Shown here: positions 60,747-64,000 of the stretch, piece by piece
Layout: the number at the start of each line of letters is the position of its first letter
Numbering within the stretch: position 1 is the stretch's first letter
From: Flavobacteriaceae bacterium
GTDB taxonomy: Bacteria > Bacteroidota > Bacteroidia > Flavobacteriales > Flavobacteriaceae
Length of the DNA: 64,000 nucleotides
Direction of reading: 5' to 3'
NCBI GenBank assembly: GCA_030835325.1
Contig: JAURPF010000160.1
Coordinates: 45,024-109,023 of the forward strand
Notes under the pieces: model-generated
The model's database searches: none
What the model was told of the DNA's origin: nothing
Seen by the model: only the letters and a program-made list of their open reading frames with translations
Position numbers and translations under genes: made by a program

Positions 60747-62249
60747 ATGCCATTAATTAGATCGATTGCTGCAAAATTGTATGCGACTAGAGTTTATAAT
60801 AAAATCAATAAATGGGCCTCCAACCCTATTGAGACTCAAGAACGCGTTTTTCAATCCTTGATTTCGGAAGCCTCTTCAACCCAATTTGGAAGGGATCATA
60901 ATTTTAAAAACATTTCCACTCACGAAGATTTTGTAAAGCACGTTCCTGTGCGGGATTATGAAGCTTTGAGACCCTATATTAAAAAAGTGGTTGCAGGCGA
61001 AGCAAATATTTTATGGAAAGGCAGGCCTTTGTACTTTGCGAAAACCTCGGGGACAACCTCAGGGGTTAAGTACATTCCAATCACAAAAGAAAGCATGCCA
61101 AACCACATTGAAGCGGCCAAAAATGCTATTTTACTTTATATTCATCAAACTGGAAACACCAAAATTGTGACGGGAAAAATGATTTTCTTACAAGGCAGTC
61201 CAATACTCGAATCCAAAAATGGCATTCAATTTGGGCGCTTGTCCGGAATTGTAGCACACTATGTACCTAAATACCTTCAAAAAAATCGCCTTCCTACATG
61301 GGAAACAAATTGTATAGAAGACTGGGAAACCAAAGTAAATACCATTGTTCAGGAGACTGTGAATGAGGACATGTCTATAATTGCAGGTATTCCATCTTGG
61401 GTTCAAATGTATTTTGAAAAACTTATTGAAGAAAAAAACAAAAAAGTTGGAGAGCTATTTAAAAACTTTAACCTTTTTATTTTTGGCGGCGTAAACTATG
61501 AGCCTTACCGCTCTAAATTTGAGAATTTAATAGGAAGAAAAATAGATAGTGTGGAGCTTTATCCTGCTAGTGAAGGGTTTTTTGCATTTCAAGATCGGCA
61601 AAATGAGCCTGGAATGCTGCTTCAATTAGACTCAGGAATATTTTATGAATTTATAGTCGCAGACACTTTTTTTGAGGCTTCTCCTACTCGCTTGACTTTA
61701 AAAGATGTTAAAATTGGCGTAAACTACGTCATTATTATATCAACCAATGCTGGCCTTTGGGCTTATAATATTGGGGATACGGTACAATTTACTTCGTTAG
61801 CTCCTTTTAGGGTGATAGTCAGCGGACGCATTAAACATTTCATTTCTGCTTTTGGTGAACACGTCATCGCAAAAGAAGTTGAACACGCGCTTTTAAGCGC
61901 CTTAAAAACAACTGAAGTAAGCGTGAGTGAGTTTACAGTTGCACCTCAAATAGAGCCTTCAGAAGGGTTGCCATATCATGAATGGTTTATTGAATTTGAA
62001 AAGGCACCTTCAAATATTGAAGACTTTGCAACTCAAATTGATGTTGCTTTGCAAAGTCAAAATAGCTATTATTTGGATTTGATACAAGGAAAAGTATTGC
62101 AGCCATTAAAAATTACACCCGTTCAAAAAGGAGGGTTTCAAAACTACATGAAAACGATAGGGAAATTGGGAGGACAAAACAAAACGCCTCGACTATCTAA
62201 TGATCGAAAAATCGCAGATGTTTTGACTGAGAATATTCAGGTTAAATAG
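60747..62249 (+). CDS. GH3 auxin-responsive-promoter family (ANL-fold acyl-amido synthetase-like) protein
   Basis: TSGTTSG.KYIP, YPASEG, Y.IGD motifs; C-terminal GGQ.K.PRL. Confidence 0.88.
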   Translation: MPLIRSIAAKLYATRVYNKINKWASNPIETQERVFQSLISEASSTQFGRDHNFKNISTHEDFVKHVPVRDYEALRPYIKKVVAGEANILWKGRPLYFAKTSGTTSGVKYIPITKESMPNHIEAAKNAILLYIHQTGNTKIVTGKMIFLQGSPILESKNGIQFGRLSGIVAHYVPKYLQKNRLPTWETNCIEDWETKVNTIVQETVNEDMSIIAGIPSWVQMYFEKLIEEKNKKVGELFKNFNLFIFGGVNYEPYRSKFENLIGRKIDSVELYPASEGFFAFQDRQNEPGMLLQLDSGIFYEFIVADTFFEASPTRLTLKDVKIGVNYVIIISTNAGLWAYNIGDTVQFTSLAPFRVIVSGRIKHFISAFGEHVIAKEVEHALLSALKTTEVSVSEFTVAPQIEPSEGLPYHEWFIEFEKAPSNIEDFATQIDVALQSQNSYYLDLIQGKVLQPLKITPVQKGGFQNYMKTIGKLGGQNKTPRLSNDRKIADVLTENIQVK

Positions 62250-62267
62250 TGTATATTTGTAGTACTT

Positions 62268-63953
62268 ATGCAAAAAGCTCAAATTAAAAATAGAAAACGT
62301 ACTCGTGCGCAAGAAAGTTCTCACGCTATAGAGCGTATGTATTTGACTATGAGACATTTATTTAATAGGGGGTTTTATAAACCAATGGGGGTTTCTGGAG
62401 AAACCTTGCGCCAAGCATTACTGCAATTACGCCCTGAAATTTATGGTTCTATTGGGGATGACAAAACAGAGTTAGAAGGGTTACTTTATGTAGTTGACCG
62501 ATTACCCGTTGGGATTGAAGAGTGTATTTGGATAAACTTAACGAGTGCAGAAGGTTTTGGGGATTCTCATTTTGAGGTCATCGTGCCTTCCAAAAGGCGT
62601 CGAAATTGTTATCGAATTGATTTTGAGCAAATGAATATCGAAATTACCCGTGGTCGCTCGGAAATTTATGATATTTTGACCCATCTAACATTTATGTTTA
62701 TTGAGTCTCATAAAATCGCAAAACGTGTAGTTATAGATGACAAAGGCAGCACAACAAGAGATTGGATAAAGTTAGAATCTGCGGTACTTTCCAAGAAAAA
62801 ATTGAATCAAAAAGAGCGAGAACTGGCAATTACTCATACAGGGAATATTTTGGGCCGAACTTTTGAAGAAATTTTGGAGGTTTATGATCAGTTTTCAACA
62901 CCAAAACAACCGAATCATTTCTTGCACCTGATTTATTGGTTAGGAAAGCGAGCCATTGAAGAAATTATAGACAATTCAAAACGAACAATCAGTTTTAGTC
63001 CTGTCTTAAGAGAGCGTTTGGGGCATCATATTCACGGAGAGTCGTGGGCAAATACAATAAAAGAGACCCTTCAGAAGCACCAATTAATCAATCGGACAAT
63101 TCATGTGATCTCCGCAAATTTACACAGTGTTATGAATACGCTTCACGCGCCAAAAGCACTAAAAGAGTTGTGCGCAAAGCAAGATATTTTTGTAGTATAT
63201 GACATGTTGAGTAAAGAGGAAAATAAGACACTACGCAATAAAACCAAGCAAGTTGCGTTGCAAGAAGGAATGATTTTTATAGAAGATAAATCCGGAACCA
63301 ACATAGATGTTCAAATCTTTGATTCCTCTAAGATTGATTTTTCTCATACAGAATTTGAGTTTGATTCTGAAAAGGAAGCACCCGTAATTATCGTTATGGA
63401 TTATGCTTTTGGAGAACAAGCTTATGAGACGATTGATGAATTATTAAAGCCGTTTAAAACAGCTGAAAAGAAGATTCATTTGAATGTTGATTCGATTTCG
63501 GTAATGGGAAAAGCAGGTATTTTAGAAGGATCTAAAGGCGATATTATGATTCCATCGGCACATATTTTTGAAGGAACAGCAGACAACTATCCTTTTAAAA
63601 ACGAGTTAACGCTTAAAGATTTTGACACCAATGACGTAAAAGTTTTTGAAGGGACAATGGTGACTGTATTGGGCACATCACTTCAAAATAAGGATCTTTT
63701 AACGTTTTTCCATGATTCTACGTGGAATGTTATTGGGCTAGAAATGGAAGGTGCCCATTATCAAAAAGCAATTCAATCAGCCTCAAAAGTTCGTCACAGT
63801 ATCAATCCCAATGTAAAGGTTCGGTACGCTTATTATGCAAGTGATAACCCCCTTGAAACAGGTAGTACCCTAGCGTCGGGAGGACTCGGATCAAGCGGCG
63901 TAAAGCCAACCTATTTAATTACAAAACAAATTTTAAATCAGATATTTAATTAA
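62268..63953 (+). CDS. Conserved protein with a nucleoside phosphorylase/AMP nucleosidase-like C-terminal domain (DUF6909-type)
   Basis: YAFGEQA, MGKAG...GDIMIP, GLEMEG, YASDNP. Confidence 0.7.
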   Translation: MQKAQIKNRKRTRAQESSHAIERMYLTMRHLFNRGFYKPMGVSGETLRQALLQLRPEIYGSIGDDKTELEGLLYVVDRLPVGIEECIWINLTSAEGFGDSHFEVIVPSKRRRNCYRIDFEQMNIEITRGRSEIYDILTHLTFMFIESHKIAKRVVIDDKGSTTRDWIKLESAVLSKKKLNQKERELAITHTGNILGRTFEEILEVYDQFSTPKQPNHFLHLIYWLGKRAIEEIIDNSKRTISFSPVLRERLGHHIHGESWANTIKETLQKHQLINRTIHVISANLHSVMNTLHAPKALKELCAKQDIFVVYDMLSKEENKTLRNKTKQVALQEGMIFIEDKSGTNIDVQIFDSSKIDFSHTEFEFDSEKEAPVIIVMDYAFGEQAYETIDELLKPFKTAEKKIHLNVDSISVMGKAGILEGSKGDIMIPSAHIFEGTADNYPFKNELTLKDFDTNDVKVFEGTMVTVLGTSLQNKDLLTFFHDSTWNVIGLEMEGAHYQKAIQSASKVRHSINPNVKVRYAYYASDNPLETGSTLASGGLGSSGVKPTYLITKQILNQIFN

Positions 63954-63962
63954 TAATACATT

Positions 63963-64000
63963 ATGAGCACTAATTCTAATACTCCCAACAATTCTGAAGA
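63963..64000 (+). CDS. Start of next CDS (truncated by the window edge)
   Basis: ATG 9 nt after the previous stop, open to the edge (MSTNSNTPNNSE). Confidence 0.4.
   Translation, partial: MSTNSNTPNNSE

Noticed and set aside
63714-63729. parS-like GATTCTACGTGGAATG inside a CDS
   Set aside because: Only 11/16 match, with the outer TG/CA bases lost; probably chance.
1-64000. CRISPR array, rRNA, prophage or IS transposase
   Set aside because: No regularly spaced repeats, rRNA-like sequence, phage genes or transposase ORFs were seen.

Overview
A 64-kb window of mostly core chromosome from a Flavobacteriaceae (Bacteroidota) bacterium. The taxon is inferred from the moxR/batA-E operon, TAnnTTTG -7 promoter boxes, and genes such as DUF4837, DUF4175 and GH3. 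Housekeeping genes include pheS, gpsA, tdk, alr, asd, glnS, folB, tRNA-Cys, rnr, rpiB, rnpA, lepA, gltX, ybeY, mnmG, holB, pgk and tatA. The window looks origin-proximal: a ~540-bp very AT-rich rnr/rpiB spacer holds about eight DnaA-box-like 9-mers, and two perfect parS palindromes (TGTTCCACGTGGAACA) flank mnmG. The most striking accessory feature lies between gltX and the DUF4175 gene: an AT-rich, apparently promoterless PD-(D/E)XK nuclease-like ORF packaged like an integron gene cassette. It has GTTAGC core sites at both ends, a ~130-bp foldable attC-like element after the stop codon whose inverse core is complementary over 9 bp to the 5' core, and a duplicated palindromic attI-like site upstream. 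No integrase is present in the window. Other notable points are an mscL with one in-frame TAA, a candidate SPPP-ending leader peptide before a SulP transporter, and a GlnRS with an extra C-terminal domain. All family assignments come from recognising motifs by eye; no database searches were run.
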